A stretch of DNA of 64,000 nt, taken from the sequence record MN508624.2. The stretch is one strand, 5' to 3'. Position 1 is the first letter of the stretch; each line of letters begins with the position of its first letter. The DNA is from Enterobacter phage EC-F2. Below are positions 17,251 through 26,137 of the stretch, one piece after another. The position numbers and the translations under genes were made by a program. Under the pieces are notes generated by a model that did not search any database, was not told the origin of the DNA, and saw nothing but the letters and a program-made list of their open reading frames with translations.

Positions 17251-17640
17251 TTAAGAAAGTTTTGTCAGCTTGTAAATCGTTTGATAGCACAAGCCTTTGA
17301 TCTCGTCCAGGACGTTCTTCAATGAACTATCTACTGAATCATAGATTTCGTTGGCTTCATCGGCTATTTTACGGAGATACGCGACCGTGTCAAGCACATT
17401 TTCTGTTTTTAATACGGGTTTGTATCGACCAGTAATGCCTATATGGATTTCGGTGAATTTATCAACCAAATCCTGCATATCTTCGTAAAACCCTTCAAAT
17501 GCTTTATGCTGTGAATATGAACCAGTCGCAAAATGTGCGCTGTGCATATAGGTTACAGACATTAAGCAAGTGCCAATAAAGGCATCAATTTTACTCGCGG
17601 TATCGCGTTCTGTTACTTCGTTAAACGTCTGCATCTTCAT
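17251..17640 (-). CDS. hypothetical protein (129 aa)
   Basis: ORF only. Confidence 0.35.
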   Translation of the reverse strand: MKMQTFNEVTERDTASKIDAFIGTCLMSVTYMHSAHFATGSYSQHKAFEGFYEDMQDLVDKFTEIHIGITGRYKPVLKTENVLDTVAYLRKIADEANEIYDSVDSSLKNVLDEIKGLCYQTIYKLTKLS

Positions 17641-17643
17641 CCC

Positions 17644-17934
17644 TTATGAACGATGAATAGCGGCGAATTCACTTGCAACCCGTAGCCCTAAACGTTTACA
17701 TTCGGGTTCGGATTTACATTGCTTCTGCTGCCATTTTCGTTCCATGTAATTATAGAATAGTTCACTGGTATTTACGCTGGGAGGGATGGTGTCAAGATAT
17801 ACCTGTAGCGCCGCATTGATATAGTAATCGAACTCTTTGGCGACTACTGACCTATCATCAGCATGTGATGACGGAGACAAGATTAACAAACCAAACATCA
17901 GCGCTTTAGATATGCGTTTAATGTTCATAAGCAA
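17644..17934 (-). CDS. small secreted/periplasmic protein (signal peptide, then mature N-terminus DDR...)
   Basis: The cleavable signal peptide is MNIKRISKALMFGLLILSPSSHA|DDRS. It is a paralog of 20628-20948. Confidence 0.45.
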   Translation of the reverse strand: MLMNIKRISKALMFGLLILSPSSHADDRSVVAKEFDYYINAALQVYLDTIPPSVNTSELFYNYMERKWQQKQCKSEPECKRLGLRVASEFAAIHRS

Positions 17935-17985
17935 TTCTCTACGTGCTTACGGATCAACAATAGATCCGTTCCTGTATATATTTAT

Positions 17986-18012
17986 AGCAAAAAAGGGGCG
18001 AATCGCCCCTTA
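17986..18012 (-). terminator. terminator hairpin AAAAAGGGGCGAATCGCCCCTTAT
   Basis: GC stem with flanking A/T runs between 17934 and 18036. Confidence 0.5.
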
Positions 18013-18035
18013 TGTAAAATTAGTCTAAAAATACA

Positions 18036-18428
18036 TCAAGTTATCTCATACCAGCATAAGCTACGCTCAAAAGCGCGGATCTTATTTGCGTTCTCGATAT
18101 TTTCATCCCATCCAATCACGCCAGCTTTCATCCGGCGTAACTCCTGACGCATTTTAGCGCGTACTTTCGAATCAATCTTTTTCACAGCGATTGAAAGCAT
18201 CGCGGAGATATCACGATGAGCTTTGTTACCGTCGCGATTCAGGTTTTTATCGAACCGGATATATGCACAACCTGATTTGTGTTTCCAGTTGGTTGTATAC
18301 CAACGTAAACCATCAGAACTTTCCCCGTGCTGTGCATAATACTCTGAAAATGCTTTTGTCTCTTCGATCTGTTCGATGGAGGACTTATCACGGACTGGAA
18401 CATATTTCTTACGGTAAGTACGGCTCAT
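18036..18428 (-). CDS. hypothetical basic protein (130 aa)
   Basis: ORF only. Confidence 0.35.
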   Translation of the reverse strand: MSRTYRKKYVPVRDKSSIEQIEETKAFSEYYAQHGESSDGLRWYTTNWKHKSGCAYIRFDKNLNRDGNKAHRDISAMLSIAVKKIDSKVRAKMRQELRRMKAGVIGWDENIENANKIRAFERSLCWYEIT

Positions 18429-18458
18429 AGTGTTCTCCTTTGTTTGTCTGAATACACC

Positions 18459-19127
18459 TTAACAGTTCAGACCAACATTATCAAGAAGTTTTTCGTGATA
18501 ATGTTTGCGACAGAGCGAAACGTATTTGTCTTCGGCTCCGATCTCAACCTGCTCCCCTTCGGTTACGAAGTTGCCTTGTGCGTCGATACGTGCAACCGTA
18601 GTTGCTTTGCTTCCACAGTGACACATTCCGCGCAGTTCTCGGATCTCGTCTGCCCAGGCCAACAACCAGTAAGAACCCTCGAACAGATTCAACTGGAAAT
18701 CAGTACGCAGACCGTAAGCCATTACAGGGATTTCGAGTTCGTCAACAACGCGACATAGATCGAAAACATTTTTCTTCGAAAGGAATTGCGCCTCGTCAAC
18801 GAAGATGCAAGCAATTTTATTCCGGCGCTGAATGTCCCAGAACAGATCCATATCAGGCGCAATCAATTGACACTTTTCGTTCAGCCCGATACGCGAACTC
18901 ACTGTGTTTGATGTGCGGGTGTCGATTGCTGGCTTATAGATTACAACACGCATACCGCGTTCTTTGTAATTGTGCGCGTCCGTCAACAGTCGCGCACTCT
19001 TTCCAGCGTTCATTGATGCATAGTGATAATACAATTTAGCCAATTGTAAACCATCCTTTACCCATGAGTTTTTTGTTACGTCGCGCAAGATGCTCTTTGA
19101 TTTCCGGCATCTGGATAGCAATATCAT
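18459..19127 (-). CDS. tk: thymidine kinase (exact start uncertain; TK core begins near 19040)
   Basis: The sequence YHYASMNAGKS is the P-loop (compare T4 Tk FTYAAMNAGKS). FVDEAQF and the zinc-ribbon CHCG...CRKH are also present. Confidence 0.8.
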   Translation of the reverse strand: MILLSRCRKSKSILRDVTKNSWVKDGLQLAKLYYHYASMNAGKSARLLTDAHNYKERGMRVVIYKPAIDTRTSNTVSSRIGLNEKCQLIAPDMDLFWDIQRRNKIACIFVDEAQFLSKKNVFDLCRVVDELEIPVMAYGLRTDFQLNLFEGSYWLLAWADEIRELRGMCHCGSKATTVARIDAQGNFVTEGEQVEIGAEDKYVSLCRKHYHEKLLDNVGLNC

Positions 19128-19251
19128 ACTCTTCTTTCGTCATGGTATGATTTGCGCAACCCATACACCCGCACACCTGCGCGTTACACCAACGGAGTGT
19201 TCCGTATGTCGCAATCACCTTCATTGCTTTAGCTTTGATTTTGTCAGTCAT
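19036..19251 (-). CDS. hypothetical Cys-rich protein (about 72 aa from MTDKIKAK)
   Basis: ORF carrying the cysteine motif CNAQVCGCMGC. Confidence 0.3.
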   Translation of the reverse strand: MTDKIKAKAMKVIATYGTLRWCNAQVCGCMGCANHTMTKEEYDIAIQMPEIKEHLARRNKKLMGKGWFTIG

Positions 19252-19531
19252 GATTATAACCGCCCATTTCGCTATCTTGTGCTTTATGGATATCAAGATA
19301 CCACATATTGATTTTGCTTTTCAGTTCGCCCATTTCTTTATCCAGTCCTTCATCAACAAGACAAAGAATGTCAACCACCGTTTTACGCTGTGTGATGTTG
19401 ATTTTGTTCGCTTTCATGGACTGCGCCAGCGCTTCACAGGTTTTCACCAGTGCGGCGCGTTGTCCTTTGATTGCGGCGATCCGTTTGTTCGCTTTCTTGA
19501 TCGCCCGACCTGCTTTGATAGGATCAATCAT
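19244..19531 (-). CDS. hypothetical protein (95 aa)
   Basis: ORF only. Confidence 0.35.
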   Translation of the reverse strand: MIDPIKAGRAIKKANKRIAAIKGQRAALVKTCEALAQSMKANKINITQRKTVVDILCLVDEGLDKEMGELKSKINMWYLDIHKAQDSEMGGYNHD

Positions 19532-19736
19532 GATTAGCTCGCTCCACTGCTACCGCATCACGAACAGCATCTTCGATTTCATTTTCAACGAAATCCAGGA
19601 TATCCGCTGTAATGTCGTCGATACAGGATTGATTGTAGTTGCGTGAATCAGGATCATCATCTTCGGCATAATCCTGATACGCTTCGCCCAGTTGTTTCAG
19701 TTTATGTTTTAACAGCTTTTGTTCTTGTGGTCTCAT
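19524..19736 (-). CDS. hypothetical acidic protein (70 aa)
   Basis: ORF only. Confidence 0.3.
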   Translation of the reverse strand: MRPQEQKLLKHKLKQLGEAYQDYAEDDDPDSRNYNQSCIDDITADILDFVENEIEDAVRDAVAVERANHD

Positions 19737-19909
19737 TCTCTCGCCTCTTTACGTCCGGCATCAACCAGATCATCCACAAAGCTAACGATATCATCCCACC
19801 AATCCAGCGCTTCCTGTGATGCTTTCGCGTCACCATCAAGGAAACGGTCACGAGCGCTCGCAAACTTCTCTATTTTGCTATAGAGCTTTTCTTTATTTGC
19901 TTCAATCAT
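19736..19909 (-). CDS. hypothetical protein (about 57 aa, MIEANKEKLYSKIEKF...)
   Basis: Found by manual translation; its start and stop overlap the neighbours. Confidence 0.25.
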
Positions 19910-20406
19910 GATAAGTCCGCCTTACGTGGATCAACCGATGGATCGAAGTGAACGACGATGATCGGGTAATCTCCCGTACACTCGTCAATAATAGCGCTAA
20001 TACGCAACCAATCGCCCCCAGCAAGCCCCGCACCGATAAGAGGGGTAATGATAGGCAATTTTTCAGGAAACGCACTGGCGCGTTCTACGGCGCTCACAAA
20101 GCATGACCGGATTGCATCATAATCCACTTGTGGGCCAGTACCCCAGAATTTAAACTGAGTGTAGGCATTGAAGACAATCTGACCTTCTTCCGTCATGTAG
20201 ATGGAGTTAGTGCCTAACTTCCGCTGATCGCCTTTCATAGTCAGTGCATCAATTTTGAACGCACCAGGGATTTTGTGCTTCACTTCTTTAGCAATACCCG
20301 CGCCCATGTTGCAATAACAGTTACACCCATGAATCAAGTGTACTTTTCGTTTCAGGAACAACTCTACAGCGTTCCCTTTGATTTCTTTAATAATCATTTT
20401 CATCAC
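19906..20406 (-). CDS. macro-domain (ADP-ribose binding/processing) protein
   Basis: The block VHLIHGCNCYCNMGAGIAKEV corresponds to the macro-domain N...GGGV...AI region. The block ITPLIGAGLAGGDW corresponds to the distal glycine-rich phosphate-binding loop. Confidence 0.6.
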   Translation of the reverse strand: MMKMIIKEIKGNAVELFLKRKVHLIHGCNCYCNMGAGIAKEVKHKIPGAFKIDALTMKGDQRKLGTNSIYMTEEGQIVFNAYTQFKFWGTGPQVDYDAIRSCFVSAVERASAFPEKLPIITPLIGAGLAGGDWLRISAIIDECTGDYPIIVVHFDPSVDPRKADLS

Positions 20407-20627
20407 CTGTATAGTGGCGGTAAGCCAGCACAGCCAGCCCCGCGATCACAACCACAACACACATTAAGATATAACCTGTGTTCATTTAAATTGGTCATCC
20501 CATCTTTGCCACGCTTCCAACTCGTCATCATACACAGGGAACGAGGTTTCGTTTGGCTGTTTAACGTAATACCAGATAATGATTGCAGCAGCAATCACAC
20601 ACCCATAAAAGATCACTAATCCCAACA

Positions 20628-20948
20628 TCAGTATAATCCTATGCCAGCAACATATTCATCAACCAGGTAAGTACGGAGTTTTTCACAACGTTCCTTATTT
20701 GGCGCATTGGTACAGAGGTTCATCATTGGTTCAGACTGTAAAAACTCATGCAGTTTAACCAACTTCTGACGCTTGAAGAGGTGCGCGTTTTCTTCGCCCC
20801 ACACATAAGCCGCGTCCAGTTGTTCGGCAATCACCTGTTCACATACCGCAACGTCTTTAATGTCACGATTATTGCAGAGTTCAGCCAGTCGATCATCAGC
20901 ATGAGCAAAGCCAGCAAACAGAGTGAGTAACAGCGCAAGTTTTTTCAT
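20628..20948 (-). CDS. small secreted/periplasmic protein (signal peptide, then mature N-terminus DDR...), paralog of 17644-17934
   Basis: The signal peptide is MKKLALLLTLFAGFAHA|DDRL. It has four Cys and a C-terminal ERCEKLRTYL that matches PECKRLGLRV in the paralog. Confidence 0.45.
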   Translation of the reverse strand: MKKLALLLTLFAGFAHADDRLAELCNNRDIKDVAVCEQVIAEQLDAAYVWGEENAHLFKRQKLVKLHEFLQSEPMMNLCTNAPNKERCEKLRTYLVDEYVAGIGLY

Positions 20949-20957
20949 CGTTTTACC

Positions 20958-21569
20958 TTAGTATGAATCGTTTTCGATAGGGGTATAATAATGGGTTTCA
21001 CAGACATACGCAAGCACTGATCGCAAACTATCGCTTTCAAATTCTGGCTTTTGATTGCGTTTCAGGCTCCAGCCAGTGAAACACATCCAGCGTTCTTCTG
21101 CAACGTCAAATGCTAACCAGTACGTATTGAACTCTGAACATGTATGTTCGAAGATATCGAACAGTAATTTACCGCCGATCGGCTTCACATATGGCTTCAC
21201 GCGTTGAAGCGATTTCAGAACTGATTCGAGGTTACTGCGATCCTCATTCATCGCAATACGGAGAATATGCTGATTGGTTTCTGGGTTATACCCATCGATC
21301 GCAAGTCCCATATCCTGGAAGAACTTAGTCGCATCACGGAAAATTTCATGTCCGCTGTTCGGTGAATTGATGTAAAACTCCATACGTTGTTTTGGAGTCA
21401 TCGCACGGACGCGGGACGCGGTAGCCTTGTCGATCTCTTCTTTGATCTCCTGACGGCCTTTCAGTAACCCGTTCAGCTTTTCCTGATAGGGTTTCATTAC
21501 CGCCCTGATCTCGTCGATACGTTCATCAACGATCGCTAACTGCTGTTCCGGTGTCAGTTTAGTTTCCAT
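20958..21569 (-). CDS. hypothetical protein (203 aa)
   Basis: ORF only. Confidence 0.4.
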   Translation of the reverse strand: METKLTPEQQLAIVDERIDEIRAVMKPYQEKLNGLLKGRQEIKEEIDKATASRVRAMTPKQRMEFYINSPNSGHEIFRDATKFFQDMGLAIDGYNPETNQHILRIAMNEDRSNLESVLKSLQRVKPYVKPIGGKLLFDIFEHTCSEFNTYWLAFDVAEERWMCFTGWSLKRNQKPEFESDSLRSVLAYVCETHYYTPIENDSY

Positions 21570-21570
21570 G

Positions 21571-21975
21571 TTAAGCCCCTACGCGCACAAAGCGATCTTC
21601 AATTGCATCATTAACACATTCGTAAATGCTAACGTCATTCGGGACGTGCTTACGAATACCCACTTTCACGATATCCATGATCTCTTTGTTGCTACCCCAC
21701 ACGTTCAGGTTGAAGTAAACACCGCCGCTATGAATTGTGTTGTTGCCAACATCAAGATACGTATCTTGACTTTCGCAGATAAACAGTTTGCGTTTTTCTT
21801 CACCATATGCGAAGTAAATGCTGAAAGATTCCATGCGATGACGATCGACCGTGATGGTGTCTACTTTAACCTTTGGATCTTTGTTCAGTTCGTCCAGCAC
21901 ACCCTGAATGATGTGCAGCATGTTAGGCTTGATGATAGTTGGATGACTGGTAATAACTCGATGTGATGTGCTCAT
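21571..21975 (-). CDS. hypothetical protein (134 aa)
   Basis: First ORF downstream of PeSL #3. Its RBS is GAGGATTAAATT. Confidence 0.4.
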   Translation of the reverse strand: MSTSHRVITSHPTIIKPNMLHIIQGVLDELNKDPKVKVDTITVDRHRMESFSIYFAYGEEKRKLFICESQDTYLDVGNNTIHSGGVYFNLNVWGSNKEIMDIVKVGIRKHVPNDVSIYECVNDAIEDRFVRVGA

Positions 21976-22008
21976 AATTTAATCCTCAATAGTTGGTACA
22001 CACATAAT

Positions 22009-22041
22009 AAAAAAGCCCCTGCGAAATTGCAAGGGCTTTTT
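22009..22041 (-). promoter_or_regulatory. PeSL-type cassette #3
   Basis: Read on the minus strand: AAAAAGCCCTTGCAATTTCGCAGGGGCTTTTTTATTATGTGTGTACC. The -35 TTGCAA lies in the stem, with a 17-nt spacer and the -10 TATTAT. Confidence 0.5.
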
Positions 22042-22042
22042 A

Positions 22043-22693
22043 TCAGATAATGCGTTTTTCTTCTAACAGCTTCGCGGTATGGTTAACCATGCGAGCGTAA
22101 TCACGGGCTTCTTTCTTTGAATACTTGAATCCCGCGTTGTAACTCGCCAGCGCCTTTTTCAAGTCGCCTTTGTGGTAATCAAGCCAGTATTCCAGTTCGT
22201 GAAGTGCATACTTGGAACCACCCCGAAGGGTTTCGAGCTTATTGATTACTACGCGTTTGGAATATGATTTATCCATTCGTGCGGACGCGCTACGGGCTGT
22301 TACTTGAAAACAACCATAAGCATGATGATTCTTTTTGCCTTTCCCTACGTTCTCACATGCGCGAGACTCGATCCAGGCAATAGCCGCTAAATGATATCCC
22401 AAACGTTTCGATGTTTCCGATTCAACTGGCTTTGCAGTTTTGAGATCGTATTCGTTACCGATCCTGAAAGCGTACTCCAAAACCTTTTTCTGCTTTGGTG
22501 TAATATCATCCAATTCCTTAACATAACTGGGGGCATTGGCTGGCGCTTTCTTCATTACTGTTGCTTGTTGTAGCGGTAAAGTTGACTTCACAGAAGGGAG
22601 TGTTTGGATAAACTCTCCTAACGGATCAGTCGCCGCGTTGCCAGAAAAAGAGCATAAGGCAACAACAAAAGGTAGTATCCATTTGAATTTCAT
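22043..22693 (-). CDS. lytic transglycosylase (SLT domain) with N-terminal signal peptide
   Basis: The signal peptide is MKFKWILPFVVALCSFSGNA. The SLT motifs are AIAWIESRA (catalytic Glu-Ser), GCFQV and ASYNAGF. Confidence 0.65.
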   Translation of the reverse strand: MKFKWILPFVVALCSFSGNAATDPLGEFIQTLPSVKSTLPLQQATVMKKAPANAPSYVKELDDITPKQKKVLEYAFRIGNEYDLKTAKPVESETSKRLGYHLAAIAWIESRACENVGKGKKNHHAYGCFQVTARSASARMDKSYSKRVVINKLETLRGGSKYALHELEYWLDYHKGDLKKALASYNAGFKYSKKEARDYARMVNHTAKLLEEKRII

Positions 22694-23229
22694 GGGCTTT
22701 CCTTATTATAAAAAGTTCCAAAATTTAACAACGCTGATTTTTTATACACATTACTTGCTTCTTCGGGATCATCAAAAGAACCGAGATATGTCACTTTACC
22801 ATACAATGTTATTTGCGCAATCCATTTTTGGTTTGAGCTATTCCATGTAACACCAGTAAATCCAGAAGTGTTGTTTTTCTGCATACCTTTCTTTTGTGAA
22901 TTTTGTGTGTTGGTTACTTCTTGTAAGTTTCTAATACCATCACCAAAAGCAACGCCTTTTTTATGATCTATCATGACAGGGAGATTGCCAGTAGAAACAT
23001 AATAGACTATTCGATGTCTTCTAAGCTGTTTTCCTTTGAAGTTTATAACTGTGTATCCGTCCTTTCTTAGTGTTCCTGCAACAGAACCAATTTTAATCTT
23101 TCTATTGGTTGATACAGTCCATACACATAGTCCGGTTGACGTATCAACACTAATATAGTTAAGTAATTCGTCTATCAGGTCTTTTTCTTCTGATAGCGTT
23201 CTTTCTCCCCATCCATAAGATTTCTTCAT
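22690..23229 (-). mobile_element. free-standing HNH homing endonuclease with AP2 DNA-binding domain (#1)
   Basis: The HNH core reads RHRIVYY...VMIDHKKGVAFGDGIRNLQEVTNTQN. The AP2 domain reads SGFTGVTWNSSNQKWIAQITLYGKVTYLGSFDDPEEA. It is a paralog of 25613-26137. Confidence 0.65.
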
Positions 23230-23281
23230 TGTAATACCTTTTTTGTAACAAGAGAGGGCTATGATACCCTCGTCTTATTAT

Positions 23282-23851
23282 TTATGCAACGATTTCACGC
23301 TGTTTTGCTTCGGTCAGCTTGTTCTCGATGAATTCAGCAATGTTATAGTTTGAAATTGACGCAATCGGATCGTGCAGCGCTATGATTTCATCAAACGATA
23401 CCCGAACCACATGTTTAAAGTGAACGCTCCAGCTAGTCGTAAAGATTTCGCTGTTGTTGAACCCACAATCAGGGCTGAACATGGCGCGATATTCGTACCC
23501 TGTGTATTCTTTCAAACGGTTTGCGCTGTGCGCGTTGCTGGTGATCAGGAATTTCCCCTGGTGAGTCTCAACCACAAAGAAATAGCCCAGACGTTCTTTA
23601 TTGTCCAGCATCGTTTCAAACTTACGATTATTTTCTTCGCGATCAACACGGGTTTCGATCATCTTCCAGACCTGTTCATATTCAGGCCAATCATGCTCGA
23701 CAACAACCGCTTCCAGGGGTTCTTTGTGTTGCTCTTTTCGGTAGCGCTCAACTTTACTTAGCACCGCAGAGAGAAGCAGTTTATCGCTATCACTTAACGC
23801 GGAATCAATATCCGCATGTTTCATCACGACATAACGTTCTTCACGTTTCAT
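23282..23851 (-). CDS. hypothetical protein (189 aa)
   Basis: ORF only. Confidence 0.4.
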   Translation of the reverse strand: MKREERYVVMKHADIDSALSDSDKLLLSAVLSKVERYRKEQHKEPLEAVVVEHDWPEYEQVWKMIETRVDREENNRKFETMLDNKERLGYFFVVETHQGKFLITSNAHSANRLKEYTGYEYRAMFSPDCGFNNSEIFTTSWSVHFKHVVRVSFDEIIALHDPIASISNYNIAEFIENKLTEAKQREIVA

Positions 23852-24018
23852 ACTACTACATCCTTATCACAGACCGGACACCGAATCACACGATACACAT
23901 CACGACCGCCAGTGTAATCAGTTGATACCTTTTCTTTGACATCCTGCGCAGTGTATGACAGAACAGCACCACAACGACAGGCAGTTTGTTTTGGGGTAAT
24001 GCTTACAACTTGAACCAT
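23848..24018 (-). CDS. zinc-ribbon mini-protein (56 aa, CRC...CPVC)
   Basis: Found by manual translation. Its stop overlaps the ATG of the next gene (ATGA). Confidence 0.3.
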   Translation of the reverse strand: MVQVVSITPKQTACRCGAVLSYTAQDVKEKVSTDYTGGRDVYRVIRCPVCDKDVVV

Positions 24019-24025
24019 AATAACC

Positions 24026-24220
24026 TCACAAGAATAGTTTCACTTCGCTACCGCATTTCGGGCAGACGATATGTTTTTTCACGATGTAATCAGCAGCACG
24101 GAAGAAACCGTTGTAGAACACTTCGTTTTTCTTCTGTACATCAGACAGTTCATACTCTAACCCACTTTTGCAATTAGCGCAAACGGTAATTAGCTTTGGA
24201 CTGATAATAACGTTGATCAT
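24026..24220 (-). CDS. zinc-ribbon mini-protein (64 aa, CANC...CPKC)
   Basis: Two CxxC pairs. Confidence 0.35.
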   Translation of the reverse strand: MINVIISPKLITVCANCKSGLEYELSDVQKKNEVFYNGFFRAADYIVKKHIVCPKCGSEVKLFL

Positions 24221-24229
24221 GTATACCTC

Positions 24230-24256
24230 ACGAAAAAGGGGCCGAAGCCCCCTTGA
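24230..24256 (-). terminator. terminator hairpin AAAAAGGGGCCGAAGCCCCCTTGATC
   Basis: GC stem after the PIN-PhoH stop. Confidence 0.45.
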
Positions 24257-25603
24257 TCAAAAATTGTCTTCAACAAAAGCTGCAAGTCGCCCACGATATA
24301 CGGTATCCAGGATCACATGACTTGAATGACCGTACTCTTTAAGTTTTTCAACCGCATACACAAAGCCGTTGTTAACAGCAGTATTGCGCGGGTTGTCAAT
24401 CTGTTTAATGTTCCCGCATAGTATCAGAAGGGTGTTCTCACCGCAACGGGAAATGATGGATTTGATTTCGTGATTGCTCAAGTTTTGACATTCATCAACA
24501 ATCAGAACCGAACCTTTACCCGGATCAGGATGCCCGATTGAGCGCCCACGGAAGTAATACAGGCTAGGGAACTGGACAACGTTTTTCTCCAGCAGCCCTT
24601 CTACGTATTTGTCAACTTCCGGTTGATCCTTAAACAGAATGTTCAGGCTCGTAATACATGGTTCTACAGCAGGACGCAGTTTTTCGCCAAGAGTACCAGG
24701 TAAGAACCCGATTTCGCCCGACAGAGGGCTATCTGCCTTGACATACATCAGGTTTGCGAAGTGTCCCGCGTTTACCATGTGCATTGCACCAGCAACAGCC
24801 AGCATGGTTTTACCTGAACCCGCCGCGCCCATGATGGTCACAACGTCATTGTTTTTGTCCAGAATAGCATCAACGAATGACGCTTGCAGAGCATCGCGAG
24901 GCTGGATTGTTTTCATCAGCTTACGCTTTAACGCCTGTTCGTGCTTAATAGGCAACACTTCAAGCTGAAACTCTCCAGCATTCACCACACGCCCTACAAT
25001 CTCACCACACGATAGAATGTATTGGTTAGGGTAGAAATCCGCGTCAGGAAGCGATGAATACGTTATAACGGCAACAGGCCCGACATACTCCAGGACTTCA
25101 ACAGTTTCCCAGAACAGAGGCAGGTCGATATAACCTGAATACAACACATCACTATCTTTCAGCGAGTCATCGCCAGTGTATTGAAGAACCGAACAACCTT
25201 TAGACATCGCGATCAACAGCATGTTAATGTCACGAGTCACCAGAGTTGCGCCCTGCTGAATACAAGTTGCAATGATCCGCACATCCTGTTTATCCAGAGG
25301 GAATTCTTCGGTGCCGTCATAATCGACGATTTTCAGTGTTACGCTTTCCGGTACTGCTGGGTTCGATAAGTTTAACGAAACCCCTGTTTGGGTAATTGCT
25401 TCATAATTTTGTCCCAGGATTGCTTTGGACAAAAGCCGGATCGCCAGTCGTGCTTCATGAGCGGTTCGCTCTTTGCTTTTCAGGTGATCCAGTTCTTCCA
25501 TCGTTGCAGCGGTGATAATGATTTCGCTGTCAGGTTCGATGTAAGAATAGATTGAATATGGGTTACTAATCAAAACATTGGTGTCTAATACGTATTTTGA
25601 CAT
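24257..25603 (-). CDS. phoH: PIN-domain / PhoH-like ATPase fusion protein (PhoH2/YlaK-like), 448 aa
   Basis: The N-terminus VLDTNVLISNP marks a PIN domain. The C-terminal PhoH ATPase carries Walker A TIMGAAGSGKTMLA and Walker B VLIVDECQNLS. Confidence 0.7.
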   Translation of the reverse strand: MSKYVLDTNVLISNPYSIYSYIEPDSEIIITAATMEELDHLKSKERTAHEARLAIRLLSKAILGQNYEAITQTGVSLNLSNPAVPESVTLKIVDYDGTEEFPLDKQDVRIIATCIQQGATLVTRDINMLLIAMSKGCSVLQYTGDDSLKDSDVLYSGYIDLPLFWETVEVLEYVGPVAVITYSSLPDADFYPNQYILSCGEIVGRVVNAGEFQLEVLPIKHEQALKRKLMKTIQPRDALQASFVDAILDKNNDVVTIMGAAGSGKTMLAVAGAMHMVNAGHFANLMYVKADSPLSGEIGFLPGTLGEKLRPAVEPCITSLNILFKDQPEVDKYVEGLLEKNVVQFPSLYYFRGRSIGHPDPGKGSVLIVDECQNLSNHEIKSIISRCGENTLLILCGNIKQIDNPRNTAVNNGFVYAVEKLKEYGHSSHVILDTVYRGRLAAFVEDNF

Positions 25604-25612
25604 ACATTAACC

Positions 25613-26137
25613 TTATGTGGTTTCGTTAAAAAATGTGCCGAAAACCTCTTTCGCTTTCCGGTCATAAACGGCTTTTGCTTCTTCTGGAGTGGTATAATAC
25701 CCCAAAAATTTTCTTTTTCCATCTATGTTTATCTGCGCTTTATACTTCCCATTTGCTTTGTGATAAGAAACACCTTTCAACCCCGTACTGCTGTTTGAAT
25801 TACATTTCTTTTTCATCGCGTTTTGTTGGTTCGTCGCTTTCTGTAGATTTCTTGCTGTATCTCCATTTTCAACACCATGCACATGATCTACGATAGGAGG
25901 AAGATAACCATTCTCAACGTAAAACACTATTCGGTGTCGCAAATACATAGAACCTTTAAAATGAATTTGGGAATACTCGTTCTTGCTTCCGGCTTCACTT
26001 CCAGGAGACATAGGGCCGCGCTGAATTTTCCAATACACTTTTCCCGTAGATGTATCAACATCTACATAACTCAGAAGAGACTCAATCCCTTGAATCTCTT
26101 CCTGTATGGTTCTTGATGAATAACCATGACTTTTCAT
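25613..26137 (-). mobile_element. free-standing HNH-AP2 homing endonuclease (#2; start probably MKSHGYSS)
   Basis: The HNH core reads RHRIVFYVENGYLPPIVDHVHGVENGDTARNLQKATNQQN. The AP2 domain reads TGLKGVSYHKANGKYKAQINIDGKRKFLGYYTTPEEA. Confidence 0.6.

Noticed and set aside
18459-19127. The precise thymidine kinase start at 19127.
   Set aside because: The conserved TK N-terminus begins around 19040 (..YHYASMNAGKS), but there is no in-frame ATG there. The start may be the upstream ATG (19127) or a non-ATG codon, so it is left as start-uncertain rather than re-annotated.
20403-20594. The track ORF 20403-20594 (-), 63 aa.
   Set aside because: Its composition is unprotein-like (Cys/Gly/Arg run, no RBS). 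The same DNA read in the other minus frames gives two short hydrophobic peptides with plausible starts, which I consider more likely. All three are low confidence.
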